64,000 nt of DNA from Eledone cirrhosa. Lineage: Eukaryota. Location of the stretch: positions 150,412,001 to 150,476,000 of the forward strand of contig OZ024743.1 in the NCBI GenBank assembly GCA_964016885.1, in the 5' to 3' direction. The first letter of the stretch is position 1. The number at the start of each line of letters is the position of its first letter. Of this stretch, positions 12,066 through 25,577 are shown piece after piece. A program made the translations under genes and the position numbers. A model generated the notes under the pieces. It searched no databases. It was not told where the DNA came from and saw only the letters and a list, made by a program, of their open reading frames with translations.

Positions 12066-12067
<2 letters not shown>
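11663..12067 (-). mobile_element. RTE/RTEX-like LINE 3' fragment with 5' inversion
   Basis: Minus 11663-11843 reads HGHTRSGRPRLMYVDAL...MRDRDRWKELV...* plus (GATA)n tail; plus 11844-12067 reads DGCYTRMLRMALNI...RRLRLAGF...LLWEPLH. Confidence 0.8.
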
Positions 12068-12124
<57 letters not shown>

Positions 12125-12130
<6 letters not shown>

Positions 12131-12211
12131 AGATTAAAAGATGCTTAAAAGAGTTACAAGTATTTTATTATGCGCATTTCAAAAACAAGTATCATCATGG
12201 GATGATATTTG
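12125..12211 (-). mobile_element. Truncated copy of the family E HHR module (3' half)
   Basis: Similar to 48745-48831, including TTTTATTATGCGCATTTCAAAAACAA; lacks the CTGATGA core. Confidence 0.65.
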
Positions 12212-12350
12212 TATATATGTATATATATATATTTGTATATATGTATATATATGTATATATTTATATGTGTATATGTGTGTGTATATGTATATATGTGTAT
12301 GTATGTGTATATATATATATAGTTATGTAATAAACAACATAAGATAATTA

Positions 12351-12411
12351 TTTCATTTACCAATGGTTTCTTGAAAGGAAACAAAATTTGCCTTCAATCA
12401 TCAGAATGAAA
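12351..12411 (-). ncRNA. Type I hammerhead ribozyme (family C, minus arm)
   Basis: TTTCATT CTGATGA TTGAAGGCAAATTTTGTTTCCTTTCAA GAA ACC ATT GGT A AATGAAA. Confidence 0.8.
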
Positions 12412-12502
12412 AAATCCTGGTGTATTTATTGACAATGGATTTTAAAAACAAAAATATAATCTATATTTTTAAAATCCATTGTCAATAAATACACCAGGAG
12501 TT

Positions 12503-12563
12503 TTTCATTCTGATGATTGAAGGCAAATTTTGTTTGCTTTCAAGAAACCACTGGTAAATGAAA
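12503..12563 (+). ncRNA. Type I hammerhead ribozyme (family C, plus arm)
   Basis: TTTCATT CTGATGA TTGAAGGCAAA-TTTTG-TTTGCTTTCAA GAA ACC ACT GGT A AATGAAA; 7-bp stem I, 11-bp stem II, GUA triplet. Confidence 0.88.
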
Positions 12564-12736
12564 TAATTATCTTATGTTGTTTATTACATAACTATTAAGC
12601 TCTGTAACCTACATAGAGCACTCTTTTTTCCTGGACTTTTCCGACGGAATTACTTTATATATATATATGTATAAGTATATATATATATATATATATGTAT
12701 GTATAAGTATATATATATATATATATGTATGTATAA

Positions 12737-12777
<41 letters not shown>

Positions 12778-12780
<3 letters not shown>

Positions 12781-12960
12781 TCATCATCATCATCATCAGG
12801 TTTAGCGTCCGTGTTCCACGCTTGCATGGGTTTGGACGGGGGTTTTCCCACTTGAGGCAAGAGTGGTTGTCTTGCTCGCATAGGACTGTCTGGCGGGTTT
12901 TCTACAGTTGGATGCCCTTCCTAACACCAACCACATTTACAGTGTGGGGCTGGGAGGTTT
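12778..12960 (-). mobile_element. RTE 3' UTR fragment with (GAT)n tail
   Basis: Matches 50531-50720. Confidence 0.85.
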
Positions 12961-13100
12961 ATATATATATATATATATATAAGTATATATATATGTATAA
13001 GTATATATATATATATATAAGTATATATATATATGTATAAATATATATATATATATATATATACTTATATATATATATACTTATATATATATATGTATAT

Positions 13101-13136
<36 letters not shown>

Positions 13137-13201
13137 GTGTATATGTATATATATGTGTATATATATATATATGTATATATGTGTGTATATGTATATATAT
13201 G

Positions 13202-13238
<37 letters not shown>

Positions 13239-13251
13239 ATATATATATATA

Positions 13252-13336
<85 letters not shown>

Positions 13337-13543
13337 ATATATGTATATATATATATATGTGTGTATATATATATATGTGTGTGTGTATATATGTATATAT
13401 ATATATGTGTGTGTATATATATATATATGTATGTATATGTGTGTGTATGTGTATATGTATATATATGTATATATATATATATATGTGTGTATATATATAT
13501 ATATACATGTGTATATATGTATATATATATATATGTGTGTGTA

Positions 13544-13584
<41 letters not shown>

Positions 13585-13626
13585 ATATATATGTGTGTGT
13601 ATATGTATATATATATATATATATAT
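12961..13626. repeat. (TA)n/(TG)n microsatellite
   Basis: Direct reading. Confidence 0.97.
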
Positions 13627-13934
13627 TGGAAAATGTGTGTAATCCTTAGTACAGTTAGGTATATTAAGACAGGGGGGAAGAAAAAATGGCTTCACTTGTG
13701 CTTTCAACAAATTTATTTTCTTCACAAAATCCAAAAAGAATTTTTTTCCGGATTAGAAAAAAAAATGTTTTTCTTTTTTCTTAAAAAAAATTATTTTATA
13801 AATTAAGTTAGGTCTTAGGAGTTCTTGGTTAACGTAGGAGGTATTGTTTCGTTTTTAGAACGACCTTTCACGCTGAGGTGCGCTTGTGTGTGTATGCATG
13901 TATGTGTGAACGGAGGTATATATACGGACATATG

Positions 13935-14003
<69 letters not shown>

Positions 14004-14843
14004 ATGGGTATATATGTATATTTAGTTATGTATCTTTATGTGTGTATATGTATGTATATGTATGTATATGTATGTATGTATATATATATATATATACCCA
14101 TGTGGAGGTATGAGTACATATTCGTGTGTGTACGTATGTGTATATGTGTTTTTATATGTGTCTTTATATGTTTTTGTGTATGTATGTGGATGTATATGTA
14201 CATGGGTGTGTGATTGATGGTGTGTGCCTATATATTCCTACATATGCCCGTGTGTGTATGTACGTATATACGCACATATGTGTGTGTTGAACAAAGGACT
14301 AATTTTGGGATGGACGTAGAAAAATTCTTCAGAAAAAAATAATTGTTTACAAACTTGGCAGGTGCGATTTGCCTGTGACCATTCTCAACACAAAGGAATC
14401 CCCTGAATAAAGGAATTGTTCGTGAATGACCGGGGCAGGCCGCACTTGCTACATTTCTCCCCACCCAACCCTACTCACCGTCTCAACTCATTACTGCTAT
14501 TAACACTTTTTCAACACACCTACACCCATACACTTATTAAAAGGGGGAGGAAAAACCCCCCACCACACCACAGACATGTTAAATCCCTATATATAGAACA
14601 ACACACCACATACACATCAGTTTGACAAGCGCACCTCAGCGTGAAAGGTCGTTCTAAAAACGAAACAATACCTCCTACGTTAACCAAGAACTCTTAAGAC
14701 CTAACTTAATTTATAAAATAATTTTTTTTAAGAAAAAAGAAAAAAATTTTTTTTCTAATCCGGAAAAAAATTCTTTTTGGATTTTGTGAAGAAAATAAAT
14801 TTGTTGAAAGCACAAGTGAAGCCATTTTTTCTTCCCCCCTGTC

Positions 14844-14850
<7 letters not shown>
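13627..14850. mobile_element. Element bounded by ~226-bp inverted repeats (13661-13887 / 14625-14850), probable PLE pseudo-LTR pair
   Basis: Arms near-identical; 34-bp extra tail on the left arm; encloses a GT-rich microsatellite and about 330 bp of unique DNA with TATA-like CCCTATATATAG at 14585. Confidence 0.7.
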
Positions 14851-14890
<40 letters not shown>

Positions 14891-14921
14891 GTATATGTAT
14901 ATATATATGTATATATATATA

Positions 14922-14958
<37 letters not shown>

Positions 14959-15035
14959 GTGTATATGTGTGTATATATGTATATATATATATATATATGT
15001 GTATATATATATATATATGTGTGTGTATATATATA

Positions 15036-15812
15036 TAGTGAAAAATGGAATGGGAACAAAACAGAGAGGCAGTACGAACAAAGGTTTATTAGTTTCACGC
15101 TCTTGAGAGTGAGGTGGGGGACGACGTTTCGGGCATAAGCCCTTCTTCAGGCGAAAATTGTGCGGGAAGAGAGTTCCGAGGGTGTGAAGGGGAGTGGGAG
15201 AGAGACATTTAGAAAAAAGGGGGCGGGGAGAGGAAAAGGAGGAAAAACGGTGGAAGGGGTACAAATAAAAATAAATATAAAAAAAATAAAAATAAAAATA
15301 AACATGAAGATAAACAAGTGGTGGAAGGGTGTGGGGCGTGTAGGGGTGGTGGTGGTGGAGTGGGGAGAGGGGGCGGGGTGTCCGAGCGGGGAGGGCTGAA
15401 GGTGGTGTATCTGTGTGTGTGTGTGTGTGTATGTGAATGTGAGAGTTGGCGGAAGAACGAGGTTCCATGTTCAGGAAAAGGTGTGTGTGTGTGGGGTGGG
15501 GTGTAGGTCAGTGTGTGTGCTCGTGTGGATGGGGAGGGGTCAGAGGGGTGGGAGAGGATTCCGGAGGCTGAGTGTGTATATATGTGGGGGTACGCACGTG
15601 TGTGTCGTGTTTATACGTATTGTGGATGTAGCTGGCGTGGTGGGAAAACAATTTGTGTGAGTGTATGTCCGTGGGTAAGTTCCTAAGGTAGTTCCGTAGA
15701 GGGTGTAGTGAGTTGCCGGATATTTTCCTTGTTATGGAGTTGATGGTGGGAACGATGGCCAATGTGTGTAATCTGTGGTTGTGTTGCTCGGAAGAGGGGA
15801 GATTTTTCCCAC
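15036..15812 (-). mobile_element. PLE-derived 3' fragment (family D)
   Basis: Minimal HHR motif then AATAAA (15085-15090, minus), ending at (TA)n. Confidence 0.55.
15120..15153 (-). ncRNA. Minimal (dimer-type) hammerhead motif
   Basis: CGC CTGAAGA A GGGC TTAT GCCC GAAAC GTC GTC; stem I weak. Confidence 0.65.
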
Positions 15813-16024
15813 ATCTTACGTTAACTATTTTCCCATTTTGACGCTATAGTCACTTATATATTATGGAATACTGTTGGCTTCTTGCTACAATACATTCTAT
15901 ACCTTTCATTTATATATATATATATATATATTATTATTATTATTATTATTATACCCACATATGAATTCGTTGATTGAGTAAATAGTGGCTAGAGGTGTAC
16001 AGATTATACCCAATTAGTTTCATT

Positions 16025-16090
<66 letters not shown>

Positions 16091-16094
<4 letters not shown>

Positions 16095-16795
16095 ACATGG
16101 CGTGCTGCGTGGTTGCAAATGGGTTACATACGAATAAATTTAGTCTTTCATCAGTGATCTTCTAGCCTTCATTGGTATTTCATCGCTTTAAAGACCATAT
16201 ACCTCTGGTTGGTGCGAGCAACGGCTAAAGAAAGTCTTTGGGACACGTAAATAGGGGGAACGAGCGAGACAGTAAACAAACAAACATGGTAATGCAACGA
16301 AAAGTGAGGAAGAAGGAGTCAAGTCCCTGAAATCGTGGACGAGAGAGAATCAAGACCATCAAACCTGGTCGAAATGTGAGTAAAGAAAGAATTTCGCACA
16401 GGTCAAACGGGTGGAAGAAGGAGTCAAGTCCCTGAAATCGATGAACATAAGTTCTGTGAAATCGTAGACGAGAGAGAATAAAGACCATCCGACCTGGTCG
16501 AAGTGAGAGTGAGGAAAGAATCTCGCACAGGTCAAAGGGGAGGAAGTAGGAGAGGGAGTAGCAGAGAGTGAGTGAGTGAAAGTGTGAGGAAGAGACTAAC
16601 AGAGAGAGTTAGGGGGTAAAAGGAAGTGAGAGATACAGAGAAAAGGGGAAGCAGTAAGAAAGAAACCGACGGATCATAGCGAAGGAAAATATATACGAAA
16701 ATACGAAAACATGGCGTGCTGCGTGGTTGCAAATGGGTTACATATGAATAAATTTAGTCCTTCATCAGTGATCTTCCAGCCTTCATTGGTATTTC
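16091..16795. mobile_element. Unclassified non-coding element with ~92-bp direct terminal repeats and an internal tandem duplication
   Basis: 16091-16181 matches 16705-16795; 16309-16407 matches 16414-16537. Confidence 0.6.
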
Positions 16796-16813
16796 TATAC
16801 ATGTACATATATA

Positions 16814-17620
16814 TCTGTATGTATATAAAATTAAGTATGTGTGTGTGTGTGTCTGTATATTACATATAGGGGCCTACATCTTACGACCGATCTTCATGAA
16901 ACTTTACAGGCTCATAGATTACTCATCGGGGAGTGTTTTCTATATATCAACGTATCGTTTTTTTTTTTATTCCGGGGTCATTTTGCAGATAAAAATCGAT
17001 AGGGAGGGGGGGGGGGTCACTTTTTTTTAGGTATCGAAAAATAAGATTTTTGGCTCTAGCTCCCACATATTGCCACCGATTTCGTTCAAATTTTAAAGCA
17101 AAATAGAATTTGTTCAGGAACGGTGTGGCAACTGCTTAAATATTCGAAAATACCACCTTTTCGCTCAAATTTTCGCCTTTTCGGCTGTAGCTCCCACATC
17201 TTTCAACCGATTTCGTTCAAATTCGAAACTTCGGCTCCACCTCACACATAAATCAATTTATTTGGTTCAACTTTTATACTACGATAGAGCCTATCATTGC
17301 ACATCTTATAGATGGTCAAAGGCAAAGCGATGGCCACTGACGTCGTCTGAGCTTTTAGTTGAATATTTGAGAATTCATTGGTTTCCACTCAAGTAGCGTG
17401 AGGAAATTTGGCTTAGTGTTAGAGGTCATTACCTCCCTCCCTCAGCATGCTCCTTCGTCAGTCACCCGCGTTTCTCAGTGATAGAGGTCATCACCACCCA
17501 CCCCTCATGGCCTGTGTGTGGCCATGGATGAGTCATCGAGAAGCGTCGCTAAGATCAACACCTTTTCATCAAAGCAGATATTATTTTACCTACCCAGGCA
17601 ACGCTGGGTATTGCTGGTAG
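16814..17620 (+). mobile_element. Non-autonomous Helitron-like element
   Basis: 5' TCTGTATGTATATAAAA then (TG)n; internal ACCGATYTYCRTKMAA repeats; 3' hairpin TACCCAGGCAACGCTGGGTA 17591-17610 followed by CTGG/TAG-T. Confidence 0.7.
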
Positions 17621-17638
17621 TATATATATATATATATA

Positions 17639-18419
17639 TTTAACGTAGGGTTAAAAATAATATGTTAGAATGGATGGTTATATGTGGTTATTTAGATATG
17701 TGATAATAACAAAGTATAGTTAGAATAGGAATAAATGTATAATAGGAATATAAAGAATATAAGAATAAATGATTTGGTTATATATAGTTTACTTCACCTG
17801 AATCAATTAAAAGGTACAATAAACAAGTTACCATAAGTTGCAAAGATTGACAATATTACTTTGTTGTTGATGTGTAGGCTGTTGTAGTCTGTTGTTGGTG
17901 TGAAAACAGCGAGCGATAGATAATTGTTGTTGTTGTTGGAATTTGGAGACCGTGGCAGTAGTTGTTAGACCGTGTTAGTAAGAGAGTATGGTATGTATAT
18001 CTCTGAATGGTCTGTAGTAACTGAGAAATACTGTGAACTGTATACAGCGGTGAATCTTCCACATTTGAGTTCTGTATAGCAGGTTTCAATCGCTCTGAGT
18101 GTATCTGTAGACTTCATGGGGTCTGTTGAATAGTGGTGAATCTTTACATAGCTTGTGTTGGTGAGGTGCTCCGATGTCTCTGTCTGTAGACCCTGTGGGT
18201 CTATTGATAGCAGTAAATCCTTACATAGCTTGTTCTGTAGTGGGATGCTCCGATGTATCTCCTTGAGTGGGATGATAGCACCGGCTTTATATAACTATCG
18301 CTTCCTGTCCCCCACCTTGAGGGGACAGTCAAAACATCAACCTGTTAACACTAAAAATGTTTTGACCTAGAATTTGATCTTTAGGTATCACCCAAAGTTC
18401 AAGGCGCGGACAGATTTCG

Positions 18420-18424
<5 letters not shown>
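17639..18424. mobile_element. Probable solo LTR with internal ~77-bp tandem repeats
   Basis: Ends TTTAACG...CGCTATA resemble decayed TGTARCG...CGCTACA; repeats of GTCTGTAG...AATCYTTACATAGCTTG...TGCTCCGATGT at 18010-18260; (TA)n flanks. Confidence 0.4.
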
Positions 18425-19390
<966 letters not shown>

Positions 19391-20353
19391 ATATAGTATA
19401 AGAATAAAGGAACAAAGAATTAGTGTTGCATCACAACATATTTAATAACATATTACATGTTCCACTGTCGATCAGCTCAAGGAACGATCTATTATTGATC
19501 GAACCTGATTCTGGAATCGAAAGATCCTCAGATATACCTCAGTATGTAAGTTCGTCTCTGATTTTGTACGAATATCTTCTGTACCTTTTAATATTTACCA
19601 CATTCCAACAACATGGTATTCTGCAGTCTCCGCTCATTGGTTCGTTATTCATCCTAAAATCGGTTTATTTACAAAGCAACGTATATCCCTCATCCAGTCA
19701 AATCATCGCGTGCATGAAAGACTGTCTGCCTGTCTTCCACAGCCACACTTGTTTGAAACGTTTGTTAGGCTATAAGTCATACTTAGGATGTTGGTGTTGA
19801 CAGGTAGGAGAAAGAGGAACAATTATATACTGGAGATGAAAGACAAGACAAATACGGACTTACGCTAACATATCTGGCACACTTGTACTCATATACGTAT
19901 GTGTGCACATATCCACCTGCTCACACACACACACACATATATATATTTCGTTTCATTTTTTCCGTTTATCGTTTTCGGTGCGCCCGGCCGATTAACTCAC
20001 GCGATATGCAAATTAGGCTGCTCAGCCGTTAATATGCATAAGGAAAGTATATACTTTCAGACGTTCGATCATCTGGCAGGAAGGTATACGTTGCTGACCA
20101 TAGCTAATAAGCTTGAAACTAGTACAGCGTTCCTTTGTCAGTGTTGAACAAATGAGCAACGATGGTTGCTAGACACTGTACGGCTTAATTCGGGATGTTT
20201 GTTTACAAACACACCAAGCATTATAATAAATGTTCGGTGAATCCATACGTATATATATATATATATATGTGTGCAAGTATGTATATATATATATATATAC
20301 ATACTACTGTACGTCTGTATACATATATGTATGTACGTATACATACTTATATT

Positions 20354-20397
<44 letters not shown>

Positions 20398-20402
20398 TAT
20401 AT

Positions 20403-20457
<55 letters not shown>

Positions 20458-20458
<1 letters not shown>

Positions 20459-21175
20459 AAAATGAAAGGCAGACTGTATGATGCATGCATACGAACAGCA
20501 ATGTTACATGGTAGTGAGACCTGGGCGCTGTATGTAGAAAACTTACGTAGATTAAAAAGAAACGAAGCTTGCATGCTCCGATGGATGTGTAATAGTAATA
20601 TATGCGAACGGCAAAGCATAAACGAACTGAGAGAGAGACTGGGCATAAGAGGAATCAAATACTGTGTACAGGAGAGGAAGTTGCATTGGTATGGACATGT
20701 GATGCATATGAAGGATGACCGCTGCATAAAAAGGTGCAGAGCACTAGAAGTCAATGGAAGCCGTGGAGTGGGGAGACCCAGGAGGACCTGCGATGAGGTG
20801 ATAAAAGCTGATCATTCCCGATTGCATCTCTCAAAGGCGATGACACAGGACCATGACCTCTGGCATTACACAGTAATACAGAAGACCCGACTACCCACGG
20901 GAACAAGCTGAAGCTTAAGCATATATACAATATGCCCCACCCTCATCCCCTCCCACTGCAAAGGGGTCGTTTAACGCCATGAAAAAAAGCACCCACCACT
21001 CACTGTAAATGAGGTTGGTGTTAGGAAGGGCATCCAGCCGTAGAAATCAAGCCAAAATCAGTTCCCATATGAGTAAGACAAGGTCACCCGACCTAACATC
21101 GCCCACAACAAGACAACAGGTCTAACCCATGCTAGTGTGGAAAAATGGACATAAAACGGTGATGATGATGATGAC
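20458..21175 (+). mobile_element. RTE LINE 3' fragment
   Basis: [20 protein letters not shown]...[10 protein letters not shown]...GRPRRT; 3' UTR and (GAT)n tail. Confidence 0.9.
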
Positions 21176-21343
21176 ATATATACACACGCATCCATATATA
21201 CCCATATATATATATACATACACACACATATATATATGTACATACATATGTATACATGTATGCATATGTATACATATACATACATATATATGCAACCACA
21301 TATATGCATACATACACTCACACATATATAAACCACCACATAG

Positions 21344-21396
<53 letters not shown>

Positions 21397-21524
21397 TGCA
21401 TGTGCATGTATAAATATATATATATACATGCACATCCATACCCGTATACACACAAATGAAAATATATGCATGCACACATCCACATACACATATACACATA
21501 TATACACACACATATATTTATATA

Positions 21525-22862
21525 TGTGCCCTCTTCATAATGAGGCAACTACAAGAGAGGTTCTTAGAGAAGAATAAGCCACTATACATAGCTTTTATTA
21601 ACTTAGAGAAGGCCTTTGATAGGGTACCCCGATCTGTCATCTGCTGGTCCCTAAGGAAACTATGTGTAGAGGAATGGCTTGTGAGGACAGTGCAAGCTAT
21701 GTTCAGGGGTGCTGTCAATAAAGTGAGAATAGGAATGGAGTTTAGTGAGGAATTCCAGATACAAGTAGATGTACTTCAAGGTTCTGTCCTCAGCCCACTC
21801 TTGTTCATTATAGTCCTCCAGCCCATAACAGAAGAGTTTAAGACTGGATGCGCATGGGAACTTCTCTATGCTGATGATCTGGTTCTTATACCAGAATCAG
21901 AAAAGGAGCTAGAGAATAAATTCTGGCTATGGAAACAGCAGTTGGAATCAAGAGGCCTGAGAGTGAACATAACTAAACAAAGGCGTTGATAAGTAGAAGA
22001 GAGGACAATACTCTGATTCCAATAGGGAAATGGCCATGTTCGATATGTAGGAAAGCAACTGGCATGAATTCCATAAAATGTACGCAATGCAGATCTTGGG
22101 TACACAAGAGATGTAGTGGGATAGCAGGCAAACTAACAGGTGGGGAAAACTACGTATGCAGTAGATGAACAGGAAAAGTTGGCAGTAGTAATTGCTGTGA
22201 TAGACTCATTTTTCCAATGCAGGTGGGTTCTATAGAAGTGGTTGATAGCTTCCGGTACTTAGGTGATCAAATTAGCATGGGGGGGGGTTCTGAGGCCATA
22301 GTATCTAGAATAAGGATGGGTTGGAAGAAGTTTAGGGAGCTGCTTCCTCTGCTGACAAAGAAGGGTTTCTCCCTGCGTACGAAAGGATGGTTATACGATG
22401 CCTGTGTGAGATGCGCGATGCTGGATGGTAGTGAGACATGAGCAGCAATTGCAGAAGATATATGCGACGGCTGGAGAGAAATGAAGCAAGTATGCTCCAT
22501 TGGATGTCCAATGTCAATGTGCATGAACGACCAAGCATGGATGAGTTGAGAAAGAAACTGGGTATAAGAGGGATAAGTTGTGGTGTGCAGGAGACAAGGC
22601 TGAGATGGTATGGACATGTGATGCGCATGGAGGATGACCGATGGGTGAAGAAGTGCCAGGAACTCCCAGTGGAGGGAAGACGCAGTAGAGGTAGACCACA
22701 AAAAACATGGGCGGAGGTGGTACGAGCAGACCTCAGATCGTTGAAACTCACCGAGGAGATGACGAAGGACTGTGACAAGTGGAGAGATGCTGAATAGGAC
22801 CCGTCCAACCCTTGCAAGCAGGGAAAAGCAGATGTAAAATAATGATGATGATGATGATGATG

Positions 22863-22865
<3 letters not shown>
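21525..22865 (+). mobile_element. RTE LINE fragment, second subfamily, decayed
   Basis: [29 protein letters not shown]-like finger, [10 protein letters not shown]; (GAT)n tail. Confidence 0.92.
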
Positions 22866-22924
<59 letters not shown>

Positions 22925-22927
<3 letters not shown>

Positions 22928-23796
22928 GGTGCAGACGATATTTGTTCGCAAGATTACTGTCTAGGAAAAATGAAAACACTAGTTTTATTTTTTAAGATTT
23001 ATTTATCAAACTTGGGTCAGTTTGTCTTCATGACTTGTTCTTTCGATCTCACTCAATAAACCCGTCATTGGCTTTGATGACGGCCTCAAGGCGGCCTCGG
23101 AACCAGGCTACAGGCCTGCGTCACTGTCCTCCAAATTAGGCCCCTAAAGGCACTTGTGATCCTGGCCTTCAGATCGTCTTTTGTATTGCAGCTAGATCTG
23201 TTGGTGTCTCGTCCCACTGCGCCCCACACAAAGAAGTCGAGGGGGTTGCAGTCAGGCGAGCTGGGAGGCCAGATGTCAGGTGAAGTGTGGTCGACGAAGT
23301 TCTCTGACAGCCAGGCTTGGGTGTTTTGACTGGAATGGCAGGGCGCTGAGACTTGCTGCCACACGTACGACCTACCTGCAGCTACCTGGTCGATCCAGGG
23401 CTTTACTACCTCACTCAAAACGCGGATGTAGCTATCGGTGTTCAGCTTGAGGCACTCAGGGAAGAAGTGAAGTGGCATGACGTCACCTTTCCTGCTTACG
23501 ACACCTAAGACCAATGTTGTCGCTGGAAACTTTGTCTGCATGACTCTGGGCACGTCTCAGCGAGCTACCTGTTGTTCTGGGAGTTGATCTTCTGGCCTTA
23601 TTTGTCCTTTCCAAGAAGAACTCCGTGTCTCTTCCACAAATTTGGAGGTTCAAAATTATTCATAATCAATTATTCTGAAAATAAATAATGGAAATATAGT
23701 CACTGTTTTTGTGAAGACAAGAGTGACAACGGAAGTAAAACAAATTTGCATAAAATTAGCAGTTGAAAATTGCGAGAACAAATATCGTCCACACCT

Positions 23797-23798
<2 letters not shown>
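22925..23798 (-). mobile_element. Tc1/mariner DD37D (maT-like) transposon, internally deleted
   Basis: TIRs CAGGGTGCAGACGATATTTGTTCGCAA / TTGCGAGAACAAATATCGTCCACACCTTG in TA context; ORF 23086-23553 has WQQ[V]SAPCH then WPPSSPDCNPLD, 37 residues between the two catalytic positions; second Asp mutated to Val. Confidence 0.9.
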
Positions 23799-23856
<58 letters not shown>

Positions 23857-23994
23857 TACATGTATATCTACACACCCTCACACACATATATACATACATT
23901 CATACACTTACATACACATATATACACATACACGTACATATAAATATATACATGCATATAAACATAAAATATAGGTATATATGTCCCTATAAAA

Positions 23995-24182
23995 TTAATT
24001 GTTTCTACTTTAGGCACAAGGCCAGCAAATACCCAGTGCATTACTAGTACTTTATTTTATCGACCCCGTAAGGATGAAAGGCAAAGTCAACTTCGGCGGG
24101 ATTTGAACTCAGATCGTAAAGGGACGTAACTATGCTGGAAAGCATGGCGTCCGACCCTCTACTGATACTGCCAATCCACCAC
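23995..24182 (-). mobile_element. tRNA-derived SINE (short subfamily)
   Basis: Minus strand GGTGGATTGGCAGTATCAGTAG (A box), GAGTTCAAATCCC (B box), GCCTTTCATCCTTACGGGGTCGATAAAATAAAGTAC core. Confidence 0.8.
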
Positions 24183-24367
24183 CCTTATTAATGATAAAGA
24201 GAAGATAAGCAAGCAGAAAAATAAAACAATAATAATGATAGCAGTAAAGTAAAGTAATACCATAATACATACATATGTATACCCACACGCGGGAATATAC
24301 ATATAACCACACATGCAAATAGACAAGATATGCACGTGCGGGTATACCATCACGTTATATATATATA

Positions 24368-25175
24368 TATCATCATCATCATCATTTTACGTCCGCTTTT
24401 CCCTGCTTGCAAGGGTGGGATGGGTCTTATTCAGCACAGCATCTCTCCACTTGTCACGGTCCTTCGTCATCTCCACCGTGAGCTTCAACGATCTGAAATC
24501 TGCTCTCACCACCTCTGCCCATGTTTTTTGTGGTCTTCCTCTACTGCGTCTTCCTTCTATTGGGATTTCTTGGCACTTCTTCACCCAGCGGTCATCCTCC
24601 ATGCGCACCACATGTCCATATCAACGCAGTCTTCTATTCCGCACTCTACAAATTATCCCTCTTATACATAGTTTCTCTCTCAACTCATCTATGCTCGGTC
24701 GTTCACGCACATTGACATTGCACACCCAACGGAGAAAGCTTGCTTCATTTCTCTTCAACCGTCGCATATCCTCCGCAGTTGCTGCCCATGTCTCACTCCC
24801 ATGCAGCATCGCACATCTCATACAGACATCATATATCTGGCCTTTCGTTCACAGGGAGAAAACCTTCTTTGTTAATAGAGGAAGCAGCTCCCTAAACTTC
24901 TTCCAACCCATCTTTATTCTGAATACTATGGCCTCGGAGCACTCCCCTCCCTTGCTAATCTGATCACCTAGGTACCGGAACCTATCAACCACTTCTATAG
25001 ATCCTACCTGCATTTGAAAAATGTGTCTATCACTGCGACTTCTACTGTCAAATTTCCCTGTTCATCTACTGCATACGTAGTTTTCCCTACATGTTAGTTT
25101 GCCTGCTATCCCACTACATCTCTTGTGTACCCAAGATCTGCATTGTGTACATTTTATAGAATTTATGCCAGCTCC
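24368..25175 (-). mobile_element. RTE LINE 3' fragment, second subfamily
   Basis: [30 protein letters not shown]; (GAT)n tail. Confidence 0.9.
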
Positions 25176-25481
25176 TTATGTGTGTATATATATATATATA
25201 TGTGCGTGTGTGTGTGTATGTATGTATATATATATGATGATATATATGATGTAACTGCCACTTCTTTACAGAAGATGGCCATCTCTTCAATAAATTTCCT
25301 GCTATTATGAACTAATGCCAACTACAGGCTGCTGGTCAGTTTGATGACTGAGCACGCTTTGTGTAGGTCACCTTTTCTAGACCTTTCCCAAAAATGGCTG
25401 GCCAGACACTCAAAATTTCACCAAAGCATGTTGCTGTTCAGGTTAATGGTGCAGCAATCTTATGATAAAACTCAAGCCGCC

Positions 25482-25522
<41 letters not shown>

Positions 25523-25577
25523 GCAAATGAATGAGTGAATGAAAGAGTTACAAGCCATTAAAACATTTCTTTATATA

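Larger units (their letters stand above)
12320..12656 (+). mobile_element. Foldback pseudo-LTR module (family C) with a hammerhead in each arm
   Basis: Arms 12320-12448 and 12466-12594 are inverted with few mismatches; 62-bp tail on the plus arm; (TA)n flanks. Confidence 0.85.

Noticed and set aside
16130-16165. CTGATGA on the minus strand in both terminal repeats (also ~16762-16768) as a hammerhead core
   Set aside because: No correctly placed GAAA and stem III could be found; kept only as an unclassified structured element.
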